From the NCBI RefSeq assembly GCF_963422545.2, contig NZ_CAXVYT010000026.1, positions 11,844-75,843 of the forward strand: DNA of 64,000 bases, given 5' to 3'. Under the pieces are notes generated by a model. That model was not told the DNA's origin. It searched no databases and saw nothing but the letters and a program-made list of their open reading frames with translations. The position numbers and the translations under genes are program-made. Of this stretch, positions 43,088-53,489 are shown piece by piece (position 1 is the stretch's first letter; each line of letters starts with the position of its first letter). The DNA comes from an uncultured Flavobacterium sp. (GTDB lineage: Bacteria > Bacteroidota > Bacteroidia > Flavobacteriales > Flavobacteriaceae).

Positions 43088-44539
43088 TTAATAAACAAGC
43101 GTTTGTATTGCATGTGCAGGAATTTTAACTACGGCTTTCTCGCAGCAATAATTAAATTATAGGTAATCTCTTTATCAGATTGGTTCATGACGATTGTTGC
43201 CATTGTACCATCAGTATTCAAAAATGAAGTACTTAATAAGGCACTTCTGCTTACTGCAGAACTAACTCTTACGGCATTTAAGTGAATGAATTTTGAAAAA
43301 TGTCCGATATAATAATATGATGGTGTGTATATTAATTCTCCTGTCGTTGTATCAGCATGAATTGGCGCAAAGCAAAAGTTACCTACATGGTTTGGTCCTC
43401 CATTTTGATCTAATAGAATGTTCCAGTCTGTCCAACCCGCAGTTCCATTATTAAAATCATTAATCATAGAAATACCATATCTTTCTCCGTTACCCCAAAA
43501 CTGATATTTTGCAGCATCAAATTTTTCAACACAGCCTTCTGTAAACAAAAGTTTTTTGTCCGGATATGCTTCATTTACTTTGGCTACATTATCAAACATT
43601 GATGCTCCGCCTGACCAGTTTTCGTACCAGTGAAAACCCATTCCCAAACATACTTTGAAGCTTCAGGATCTGAATAAATTACGTTGGCTCTGTAATTCAT
43701 CAGGTCACGATTGTGATCCCATGCAATAATTTTTACGTCGCTTAACTTTTCTTTTTTAAGAGTTGGCCCCAGAAAGTTTTTAATAAAATCTCTCTCGGCT
43801 TCGGCAGTATAAATACAAGATTCCCAGGTTTGAACTGCCATTGGCTCATTTTGAGTAGAGGTTCCCCAAATTGGAATTCCTTCTTTCTCGTATGCTTTTA
43901 TAAACTTAACATAAAAATTTGCCCAGGTTTGATAATACTCTGGTAATAATGTTCCTCCTTTTAGGACGTTTTTATTGCTTTTCATAAAGGCATTTGGTGA
44001 CCAAGGGGCAGCATAAGTTGTTAATTTTCCTCCTGCTGTTTTTATCGCTTGCTTTATCAATGGAATGCGATATTGCTTATCGTGATCGATAGAAAAAGTC
44101 TTTAAATCTTTGTCTCCTTCTTCGATATAAGAATAGCTTCCACTGCTAAATCAGAACTTTGTATCGTTGTTCTTAGCAATGAATAGCCTATACCTTTTTG
44201 TTTATCATAGTAGGCATTTAAAAATTCAGTTTGTTTTTCTTTCGAAAGCTTAGCAAAAATCTCAGCACTCGCATCTGTGATAGCACCACCAATTCCCATA
44301 AAGGTTTGAAACTTTTTAGATGGTTCTACAAAAACAGATGACTCTGTTTCAAGAGGTTGTTTTGACGCTGAAAAAGTCAAATTATCTGTAGATGTTAATC
44401 TTAAATTTGAATTTTCAGCAGTTGTATAAACTGTAATCTTTTTTCCATTTGTTGTAAATTCTTTTTTTGTTTTTGTTTGTTGCGCAAAAGCTCCAACCGA
44501 AAACAGAAAGCATAGAATTTTATAACTATTTTTTCTCAT
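43088..44539 (-). pseudogene. tandem GH30_1-type paralogue disrupted by three -1 frameshifts
   Basis: ORF fragments 44102-44539, 43584-44060 and 43129-43647, plus a 43088-43131 tail, together align end-to-end with the 41537-42994 protein. The frame breaks lie at homopolymers near 44150-44152, 43643-45 and 43136-38. Confidence 0.85.
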
Positions 44540-44627
44540 TCTTCCGTTATTATTTTAAATTCTAAATTGAAATTTTTAAAGAAACTCATTTTCAATAAAA
44601 ACACATTCTGATAGTTTAAGGATTTAA

Positions 44628-44662
44628 AAATAGCCCATACTCATAGTGATTATGGGCTATTT
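44628..44662 (-). terminator. intra-PUL hairpin after the SGBP gene
   Basis: 'aaatagcccat' pairs with 'atgggctattt' around a 13-nt loop, in the 151-nt gap between 44692 and 44539. Confidence 0.5.
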
Positions 44663-44691
44663 ACAACCAAACTTAAACTTAACTTAATCTT

Positions 44692-45591
44692 TTATTTTCC
44701 TCTTAATTCAATCTTAGTTACCGTAATTCCGTCTTTAGTAAATGTGTTACCACCACTTCTGATTAGAAGGTAAATTTTACCGCTTTGAGCAAATTTTACT
44801 ACATTAGAAACTGTGCCTGTTACATCATTTTTCACACAACCAACTTTCGATAATTGTCCTGAAAAAGCAGCTTTAGCACAACCGTCCCAAGTACTTAAAC
44901 CCATCACTTTGTTATCTTTGTATTCTACTCCTGAACTTGGAACTGATGTACCGACATAAACTTCAAACCAGGTTTCATCAGATCCGCTAGGGCAAGAAAC
45001 CGCCATATCAATTGTATATTCTTTATCTTTTACAACATCAATTGCTTGATAAATTCCTTCTTGAGCCCATCCTCCCGGAGAATGAATTGTTGCGCTTTTG
45101 TTTGCATATGACCAAAAAGCCACTCCGGTAGCACTTAAGTTCAAAACAGTCCATTTAGCTTGGTCTGCTGCAGTTTCAAAAGAACCTCCCTGAACTAAAT
45201 TACCTTTAGCCGGATCTGTCGTTGCAACAACAACTTGAGCAGTGGCAGTTCCTGATGCACCTCCTGCGCCAATTGCTGTATGTGTAATTGTATAAGTTCC
45301 CGCATCAGGTAAAGAAATAGTTTCAGTCATTTTACCTTGATAAGCCCCGCCACCGGTATCCCATTTTGATAAAATAACTCCTTTTGGCTGTGCTGTCAAA
45401 AGATAAGTATTTACTGCTCCTGCAACAGGAGTTACGGTAAATGAAGCATCAACATTAGTTGCTGTTAATCCGTTACCATTGCCAACTTCTTCGTCGCAGC
45501 TAATTAGCGTTCCTAATGCTAATGCAAGCATTAAGAAAACACCTCTTTTTAATTTTATATTTAGGTTCATGTTTTTTTGATTTTGGTTCAT
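44692..45591 (-). CDS. surface glycan-binding lipoprotein (SusE/F-position; PKD-like + CBM-like domains)
   Basis: It has the lipobox 'GTLISC' and lies directly downstream of SusD. 'GNLVQGGSFE' resembles the start of a CBM4/9-type module. Confidence 0.7.
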   Translation of the reverse strand: MNQNQKNMNLNIKLKRGVFLMLALALGTLISCDEEVGNGNGLTATNVDASFTVTPVAGAVNTYLLTAQPKGVILSKWDTGGGAYQGKMTETISLPDAGTYTITHTAIGAGGASGTATAQVVVATTDPAKGNLVQGGSFETAADQAKWTVLNLSATGVAFWSYANKSATIHSPGGWAQEGIYQAIDVVKDKEYTIDMAVSCPSGSDETWFEVYVGTSVPSSGVEYKDNKVMGLSTWDGCAKAAFSGQLSKVGCVKNDVTGTVSNVVKFAQSGKIYLLIRSGGNTFTKDGITVTKIELRGK

Positions 45592-45598
45592 TAATTGG

Positions 45599-47110
45599 TT
45601 ATTCGTAATTAGGATTTTGTTTCAATTTAGTCCCTTTTAATTCCACAAATGGTATTGGGAAAATTTCATCGGTACCAGCATTAAAACCTCTATCAGCTAA
45701 AGCTGTAGCAGCTTCTCCCCATCTTACTAAGTCAAAAAATCTATGACCTTCACCTGCAAGTTCCATTCTTCTTTCGTTTTTAATGGCGGCCAATGTTACG
45801 GGAATCGGTGCTAAACCAACTCTGCTTCTAACAGCATCTAATAATGCTTGTGCTCTGGCTCCTGAACCTAATGCTTCAGCTTCCATTAAATAAGTGTCAG
45901 CAAGTCTGATGATATATGAATTTTGTCTGTAGTTCAACTCAGCAGCTCCTCCACCTGTACGAACATCTGATTTTCTTGGAAGATATTTATTCAGGAAATA
46001 ACCTGTGTCTTGGTAACCTGGAATATAATCTGCACTACCTGCAGCTTTTAAAGCTTTCATATCAAGAATTGTAGCTCCAAATCTTGGATCATTTTTGATT
46101 GCATCATATAATTTTTGAGTAGGAACGCTAAAACTCCATCCTGAAGGAAGATCTGGTGCTGTAGAATTTGCAGGTCTGGAATATCCTCTAGGCCCAACCA
46201 TAACGTTTAATGAGTTTCCTTCGTCTTTACCTGAACCCCAGAATCCCCAATCAGAGTTACCTGCACTTGTGTGAGATACTTCAATTAATGATTCAGCATT
46301 GAATTTATTAGACGTTACCCATAAATCACTATAGCTAGCTAATAATTTGTTTCCATATTGATTTGGTTGTCCCGGAGTTCCATTTACCTGAGCAAGTATA
46401 GCGGCTGCATCAGCATTTTTTCCTTCAAATAAATAAACTTTTCCTAATAATGCCTGAGCAGCAACCTTTGTTAAACGCCCAGACTCTGTAGCAACATTAA
46501 CACTTGCTGGCAAAGCCGGAATTGCTTCTAATAAATCTTTTTCAATTTGTGCATATACAGCTTCCGGAGTTGCTTGCTCAACAGTTGAAATTGCAGATGT
46601 TGTTAATGGCTGCAGAATTAACGGAACGTTTTTAAACATTCTAACTAAGTTAAAATAGTACAACGCTCTTAAAGATTTAGATTCGGCAGTAAATCTAATT
46701 TTTAATGCATCTGACATCTTTACATCAGCCATTTTTGACAACAATACATTTGCTCTATAAATACCTTGATAATGATCATTCCAGAAACTACCCGGAATTA
46801 TTACTGAAGTAAGTGAATGTGTCGAGAAATTTTGAATTCCTGCACCATCTGATGCACCACCACCACCAGCATAAAAATCATCTGAGCCAGCGTTTAACAT
46901 TGCAACCATGTTCTCAAAACCACCTGTGTTTTTTCTGATAGGATCATAAACTCCAACTAGTGCTGCAGTTGCCTGTTGCTCATTACTATAATAACTTGTC
47001 GAAAGGAAAGATCCTTTTGGTTCAATGTTTACAAAGTCTTCAGAACAAGATCCTCCTAAAGCAGCCATTGCTACTGCAATGTATATATATTTAAATTTTA
47101 TATTTTTCAT
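45599..47110 (-). CDS. SusD/RagB family nutrient-binding outer-membrane lipoprotein
   Basis: It has the lipobox 'LGGSC', is 503 aa and lies immediately downstream of SusC. Its C-terminal region is SusD-like. Confidence 0.9.
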   Translation of the reverse strand: MKNIKFKYIYIAVAMAALGGSCSEDFVNIEPKGSFLSTSYYSNEQQATAALVGVYDPIRKNTGGFENMVAMLNAGSDDFYAGGGGASDGAGIQNFSTHSLTSVIIPGSFWNDHYQGIYRANVLLSKMADVKMSDALKIRFTAESKSLRALYYFNLVRMFKNVPLILQPLTTSAISTVEQATPEAVYAQIEKDLLEAIPALPASVNVATESGRLTKVAAQALLGKVYLFEGKNADAAAILAQVNGTPGQPNQYGNKLLASYSDLWVTSNKFNAESLIEVSHTSAGNSDWGFWGSGKDEGNSLNVMVGPRGYSRPANSTAPDLPSGWSFSVPTQKLYDAIKNDPRFGATILDMKALKAAGSADYIPGYQDTGYFLNKYLPRKSDVRTGGGAAELNYRQNSYIIRLADTYLMEAEALGSGARAQALLDAVRSRVGLAPIPVTLAAIKNERRMELAGEGHRFFDLVRWGEAATALADRGFNAGTDEIFPIPFVELKGTKLKQNPNYE

Positions 47111-47123
47111 GATTCTTTATGTA

Positions 47124-50100
47124 TTAAAATTGTAAGTTCGCTCCAAGCATGAAAGATTTTGCTTGTGGATAGATACCTTTGTCTACACCAAATACCTGAC
47201 CTCCAATTTCAGGATCATATCCAGTGTATTTAGTAAATGTGATTAAATTCTCTCCTGTAACATAGAAACGAATCTTATCTGCACCAATTTTAGAGGATAA
47301 GTTAAAAGGAAGTGTGTATCCTAATTGAACAATTTTCAAACGTACATAATCTCCGCTTTCAAGATAAAAATCAGACATTTTACTGAAGTTTCCATTTCCG
47401 TCATTATTGGCAAGTCTAGGATAATCATTTGAAGTTCCTTCTCCTGTCCAACGATTTAAAACTTCTGTTTGGTAGTTTGCATTTAAGATATCCAATCTGC
47501 GTAATCCTTGAAAAATCTTGCTGCCTGCTGCTCCTTGAGCAAATGCCATAAAGTCGAAGTTTTTATAATCTAAATTAACTGTCAAACCAAAAGTATATTT
47601 TGGAATACTAGTTCCTAAATATTGTTTGTCATCATCAGTGATAGCACCATCTCCATTATTATCAACCCAACGGAAATCCCCAGGTTTGGCATTTGGCTGG
47701 ATCATACCTCCTGCTGCATTTGTATAAGCAGCAATTTCAGCTTGATTTTGAAAAATTCCTGCAGTTTTGTAACCAAAGAATTCATTATAAGAATGCCCTA
47801 CCTGAGTTCTAGTAACAGGTCCCATAGATTGAAAACTGGCATCTCCAATGATATAGTTGTTTTCAGGTCCTACATACGTGATTTCATTTTTTAAGTAAGC
47901 AACATTTCCGTTTACCCCTAAATTAAACTCACCTAATTTTTTCTTATATCCTAATTCAACTTCTAAACCGCTGTTATTCATATTAGCAACGTTAGCCCAT
48001 GGTTGTTCAGCAACTCCTACAAATCCAGGAATAACTACTGGTCTTAAAATACCTGTCGTCGTTTTTTTGTAATAATCAATAGTAAGATTAAAATCATTAA
48101 ACAGTTTAGCATCAAAACCAAAACTTGTTTGAGCAGTTTCTTCCCATTTCAAATCAGGGTTATCTAGTGTTACATTAGCATAACCAGTTGTTATAGCTCC
48201 TGTATTCCCAAAAGAATAGTTATATCCTCCCGATACCAAAGAAAGGTATCTAAAATCAGTAAGGTTGTCATTACCAACAACTCCATAACCTCCGCGGAAT
48301 TTTAATGTATTGACTATATTGTTTTCTTTCCAGAAATCTTCTTTTGAAACTACCCATCCTAAAGAGAATGAAGGGAAAACTCCAAATTTATGATTTCCTC
48401 CAAAACGAGTTGATCCATCACGACGAATTACTCCTGTCAAAAGATATTTTTCTTTATAATCGTAATTTAAACGGCCAAATAATGACGTTACTTTATGCTG
48501 AATATAGTCATCTGTAGAGCTTGTTCTATCTGCTTGTGGAATATCAAAGTCAAATGATGCATCTTTGTAGTTTGTAATTGGCAAACCAAACATAGTATTT
48601 CCTACTTCTCCACCAATATTTTCAACATAAGATCCCTGACCCACCAAAACATTAATGTTATGATCTCCAAATCTATTAGCATAAGTAAGAACGTTCTCAA
48701 CGTTCCAGTTGAATGATTTTCTGTTAATTTGATAATAACTGTTTTTCAGCGTATTTACGTTTGAACTTAAGAAATTTACCGGTGTAAATCCTTGTTCTCC
48801 CCAATATGAAATTTTTCCTCCAAGGGTAGATCTAATTTTTAAATGATCTGTAATGTTTGCTTCAAGATAAGCATTTCCAACAAAATCATCAGACCAATTG
48901 TATCTTCCTAATCTTGTTTGAACATATCCTAAAGGGTTTGTCATTTCCTGACCTACCACGCTCGAAATTCCGTAAGGATTCCCATTAGCATCACGAATTA
49001 CAGGATTTGTAGAATATGGAGCTGAATTTGCAACAACTGGATCTGTAACCACCAAAGGAGTAGTTGGATCAAGGTTGATAGCAGAACTTAAAGGTCCACC
49101 AAATTCACTGTTTTTATTTCCAATATCCAACGTTTTTTGTCTTGCAAAACCAAAAGTTTGTCCAAAAGTAAAATACTTAGATATTTTGTGTGTAGAGTTT
49201 AAACGGAAACTCTTTTTAGTATAATTAGAGATATCACTTGTTACAATACCTTGTTGATCCTGAAGACCAAAAGAAGCATAAAAAGTAGAAAACTCACCAC
49301 CTCCACTAATACTTAATTCGTGAGAATATCTATAAGCGTGATCATTAAAAATAGCATCTTGCCAATTTGTACCTGCACCTAAAGCATTAGGATTTGGATA
49401 TTTAATTGATCCGCCATCAGCTACTGATTTTTCATTCATAATAGTAGCATACTGGGTAGCATTTAATAAATCTAATTTTTTAGCTGGAGAAGAAACTCCT
49501 GAAAAACCAGTATAGTTAACTGTTATTTTTCCAGATTTCCCTTTTTTAGTTGTAACTAGGATTACTCCAGTCGCAGCACGTGTTCCGTAAATTGCTGCAG
49601 ATGCGGCATCTTTAAGAACCTCAATAGATTCAATATCTGATTGATTTAAGAAACCAATTGCTCCTGCATCAACAACGTTACCATCTATTACCCAAAGCGG
49701 ATTGTTACCACCATCTCCAAAAGTAGTTATACCGCGAATACGAATCGTAGAAGCTGCTCCGGGCTGACCTGAACTTGATGCAATAGTTACACCTGCAACT
49801 CTACCCTGAAGTGCTTGTTCTACACGTCCGTTTGGTACTTTTTCAAGATCAGCTGCTTTTACGCTGGAAATTGCTCCCGTAACTACTGATTTCTTTTGAG
49901 TACCATATCCTACAACCACAACCTCATTTAATGATTGTGATTCTGGTTTTAATTTAATTGCAATTTTAGTTCTCCCATTTACAACTTCACTCACTGAAGC
50001 ATATCCAATAAAAGAAACTGTTAAAACACCGTTTGAAGGGGCCTGAATTTGGAATTTTCCATCAAAATCTGATGCCGTAGACTTAGGTGTCCCTTTTAAT

Positions 50101-50234
50101 ACAATAGTTGCACCTGGAACTGGCATTCCACTTTCATCAGTTATTACTCCGTTTACCGTGACATCCTGAGCCATAGCGATAACCGAGAATAACAAAGACG
50201 AAACACAAAAAATAAATAATTTTGTTAATTTCAT
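47124..50234 (-). CDS. SusC/RagA family TonB-linked outer-membrane transporter
   Basis: It has an N-terminal carboxypeptidase-regulatory-like domain ('VNGVITDESGMPVPGATIVLKG'), 'VVVGYGTQKK' and a C-terminal 'LGANLQF'. No STN/anti-sigma domain is evident. Confidence 0.93.
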   Translation of the reverse strand: MKLTKLFIFCVSSLLFSVIAMAQDVTVNGVITDESGMPVPGATIVLKGTPKSTASDFDGKFQIQAPSNGVLTVSFIGYASVSEVVNGRTKIAIKLKPESQSLNEVVVVGYGTQKKSVVTGAISSVKAADLEKVPNGRVEQALQGRVAGVTIASSSGQPGAASTIRIRGITTFGDGGNNPLWVIDGNVVDAGAIGFLNQSDIESIEVLKDAASAAIYGTRAATGVILVTTKKGKSGKITVNYTGFSGVSSPAKKLDLLNATQYATIMNEKSVADGGSIKYPNPNALGAGTNWQDAIFNDHAYRYSHELSISGGGEFSTFYASFGLQDQQGIVTSDISNYTKKSFRLNSTHKISKYFTFGQTFGFARQKTLDIGNKNSEFGGPLSSAINLDPTTPLVVTDPVVANSAPYSTNPVIRDANGNPYGISSVVGQEMTNPLGYVQTRLGRYNWSDDFVGNAYLEANITDHLKIRSTLGGKISYWGEQGFTPVNFLSSNVNTLKNSYYQINRKSFNWNVENVLTYANRFGDHNINVLVGQGSYVENIGGEVGNTMFGLPITNYKDASFDFDIPQADRTSSTDDYIQHKVTSLFGRLNYDYKEKYLLTGVIRRDGSTRFGGNHKFGVFPSFSLGWVVSKEDFWKENNIVNTLKFRGGYGVVGNDNLTDFRYLSLVSGGYNYSFGNTGAITTGYANVTLDNPDLKWEETAQTSFGFDAKLFNDFNLTIDYYKKTTTGILRPVVIPGFVGVAEQPWANVANMNNSGLEVELGYKKKLGEFNLGVNGNVAYLKNEITYVGPENNYIIGDASFQSMGPVTRTQVGHSYNEFFGYKTAGIFQNQAEIAAYTNAAGGMIQPNAKPGDFRWVDNNGDGAITDDDKQYLGTSIPKYTFGLTVNLDYKNFDFMAFAQGAAGSKIFQGLRRLDILNANYQTEVLNRWTGEGTSNDYPRLANNDGNGNFSKMSDFYLESGDYVRLKIVQLGYTLPFNLSSKIGADKIRFYVTGENLITFTKYTGYDPEIGGQVFGVDKGIYPQAKSFMLGANLQF

Positions 50235-50316
50235 TTTTCTAAAAATTTTGGTTAATTAATTAGTAATTTGATGCAATAATAATGTTATTTTTTTACTATC
50301 AGCATTTAAAATTCCC

Positions 50317-50364
50317 TACAAAAACACATCAAACTAAAACTTATCACATTACAAAAACACATCA
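50317..50364. repeat. perfect 15-bp direct repeat TACAAAAACACATCA x2, 33 nt apart
   Basis: The copies lie at 50317-50331 and 50350-50364, in the divergent SusC/regulator intergenic region. Confidence 0.85.
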
Positions 50365-50579
50365 TTTTTTTTGTAATTACTTGATTTACATAGATTTAAA
50401 AAATAAATATTAAATGTTATCAAAATGTTAATTACAAAAATAAACACTACACTTGTATAAGATTGCTTATTTTTAGTACTGAATTAGTTTTCTACATCGA
50501 AATAGTAGTCACAAATAGGAACCAAACAACTGAAAAACAAATATTTACAACCAAAAAACCAAAATAAATAGAAAAATTT

Positions 50580-53449
50580 ATGAAATTGATGAAATCATAT
50601 TTTTATATTACTTTTTTTACATTATTCACAATCACCCTTTTTGGGCAAGTAAAAAACATTGGACTTCCTGATGTAAGAAATTACAAGCGAAATGAATATA
50701 AAGGCGGTACCCAAAACTGGAATATTGGTCAGGATAAAAACGGAAATCTGTACTTTGCTAACAATAATGGTCTTTTACAGTTTGACGGCTCTTCATGGCG
50801 AAAATATCCTTTGCCAAATCTAACTTCTGTGAGATGTTTGAAAATTGATGATTCGGGAAAGATTTTCGTTGGCGGTTATAATGAGTTTGGCTATTTTCAA
50901 CCTGACAATAAAGGAAAACTTAAATACACATCATTAGCTAAACTGGTAGATAAAAACAAAATCAAGATCATCGATTTTATCTGGAAAATACACTCTTTTA
51001 ATAACCAGATCATTTTTCAGTCTTTTGCCAGGATTTACATATTCAAAAACGGAAAATTATCAATTTTACAAGCTCCTAAACGCTTTCAATTTTCATTTAT
51101 CGTCAACAACAAACTTTATTTACAAGATGTAGAGAAAGGAATAGTAGAATATAAAAATGGAAAACTATATACATTAGCCAATACAACCAGTTTAAACAAT
51201 ACGGAGATCTGGGGAATGTATTCGATCGCAAAAAACAAAACCTTAATTATTACTCTCGAAAAAGGTTTGTTTATTTATGAAAACAATAAAGTAACACCTT
51301 GGGATACTGAAGCCAATAATTTTGTCAAAAGAAACAACTCATTAGGAGGCGTAACCATTAACAACAATTTTATTGTCTTAAACACAGTCCTAGACGGCAT
51401 TATAATCTGTGATTTTAACGGAAAAATAATCCAGCATATCAACAGAAAAAAGGGATTACAAAATAATACTGTTCTAACCTCTTTTATAGACAATAAAAAC
51501 AATCTTTGGCTAGGTCTTGATAATGGTATTGCATTTGTCAATGAGAGCTCTCCGTTTACTTATTTCGGGTTTAGTTATGACATTAGTACTGTTTACGCTT
51601 CAGTAATTCACGACGGAAATTTGTATGTCGCAACAAATCAAGGTGTTTTTTATCACGCCTGGAACAATAGTTTTAAAGAAGATGTTTTTAAACTTGTTGA
51701 AGGAACTACAGCGCAATCGTGGAACGTTCAGGTAATTGACGATGAACTTATATGCGCAAACAATAGAGGCGCACTGCATATAAAAGGCGGAAAGGTTACT
51801 AATATTATAGATCCAAAAGGTTATTTTGGGTTCAAGAAAATACCAAATCATCCCGGATTTTTTATTGGCTCGAACTATGATGGATTTGCTATATTCCAAA
51901 AAACACCAAATGGACTAGTTTACAAAAATCAACTTATAGGATTTGATAAATCATCAAACAGTTTTGAACTTGATGATTCTTATTTATGGCTCAAAAAAGA
52001 TGAGTCTATTTATAGAATGTCACTTAGCGATGATCTGACAAGATTTTCTTCGATCAAAAAAATTGATCATTTAACTCCTAAATATAAAAATATTGGAAGT
52101 CTCCAAAAAATTGACAATAGCATTTACTTTCAAACTAACAATCATTTTTATAAATATTCAAAAGAGCAGGATTTATTCTTGAGGACAAAAAGCTGAGCAA
52201 TCTCTTCAAAAACATTCCAATAATTAATGCTTTAAGCGAAGATTCTCAATCTAATTTATGGTATGCATTTAATGAATCTTTAGGCGTTTTAATGAAGCAA
52301 AATAATGGCTATAAAAATATTGTAGCGCCATTTTCTAATCTGACAGGTAATTTAGTAAGCAATTATTTATCCGTAAACACGATAGATTCAAAAAATATTT
52401 TTATTGGATTAACTGATGGACTTGCGCATTACGACTCCCAATTTCTGAATAACTTCGTAACAAAACCAAAGGCATTTATTCGTAGTTTTTCATTTCCAGG
52501 CGACACAATAATCTTAGGAAATAGTCCAAATAAAACCGAGAACATTCGCATTCCATATTCTTCAAATCACGTTCGATTTACGTTTTCTTCACCAACGTAC
52601 GAGAATCTGGAAAATGTTGAATTTTCATATCAATTAGAACCTTTTGATGACAAATGGAGCAACTGGTCTACTATATCACTTAAGGAATATACCAATTTAC
52701 GTGAAGGAGAATATACTATGAATGTAAAAGTTCGAAACAGTTATGGCGTTCAATCCTTACCTGCAAAACTTTCTTTTACTATTTCTCCGCCTTGGTACAG
52801 GCATTTTTTAGCCTTTATGCTCTATTTTATATTAATTGTCGTGGGAATCTATTTAATTTCTACCCGAATAAAAATGAAAATAAGGAAGAATAAATACTAT
52901 GAAACCATCGAACAACGAAGACTTTATCTCGAAAAAGAATCAAAAATCAGACAAGAACAATACGATCTTGAAAAAGAAATTGAGAAATTAAAAAATGACA
53001 AACTTCAGATAAAAATCTTAGCAAAAGATAAAGAGTTAGTAAACAATTCTTTGCAGGTAGTAAAGAAAAACAAAATCTTAAACGGAATCATCCACAAGTT
53101 AAAAGAAATTGACGTTGAGGCACTTGACGATTCAACAAAGTTTCAGGTTAGCAAACTAAACAAAAGCATTGTAAAGGAAGTAAATACAGATAAAAGCTGG
53201 AAAGATCTCGAAAAACACATCAAAAACGTGCATTTTGAATTCTTAAAACGATTAAAAGAAAAATATCCTACGATTTCGCCTCGAGAACTCGATCTGTCTA
53301 CTTATCTATTAATGAATATGTCAACAAAAGAAATAGCCGAAATCATGAATATTTCGACCGGAGGAGTTGAACTGGCCAGATACAGATTAAGAAAAAAACT
53401 TGGTTTAAATAAAAAGGAAAACCTAATTGGTTTTTTAATGAGCATCTAA
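50580..53449 (+). pseudogene. PUL sensor-regulator (beta-propeller repeats + Y_Y_Y + TM + coiled coil + LuxR-type HTH) interrupted by one frameshift
   Basis: ORFs 50580-52196 and 52292-53449 are two halves of one protein. The second frame is open from 52154 and reads on as '...ILEDKKLSNLFKNIPIINALSEDSQSNLWYAF...'. The HTH is 'STKEIAEIMNISTGGVELARYRLRKKLG'. This could also be a sequencing error. Confidence 0.7.
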
Positions 53450-53454
53450 TAATA

Positions 53455-53485
53455 AAAAAGCCATCAGCCGCGGCTGATGGCTTTT
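53455..53485. terminator. bidirectional rho-independent terminator
   Basis: The perfect 22-nt palindrome 'gccatcagccgcggctgatggc' is flanked by A5 and T4 runs. It lies between genes ending at 53449 and 53490. Confidence 0.85.
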
Positions 53486-53489
53486 ACAT

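Noticed and set aside
43088-53449. Treating all four frameshifts as proof of poor sequence quality.
   Set aside because: All four are -1 events at homopolymers, which is the signature of some sequencing chemistries. However, three of the four fall in one duplicated gene and none occurs in about 50 kb of other coding sequence. I therefore keep the GH30 copy as a probable true pseudogene and leave the regulator open.
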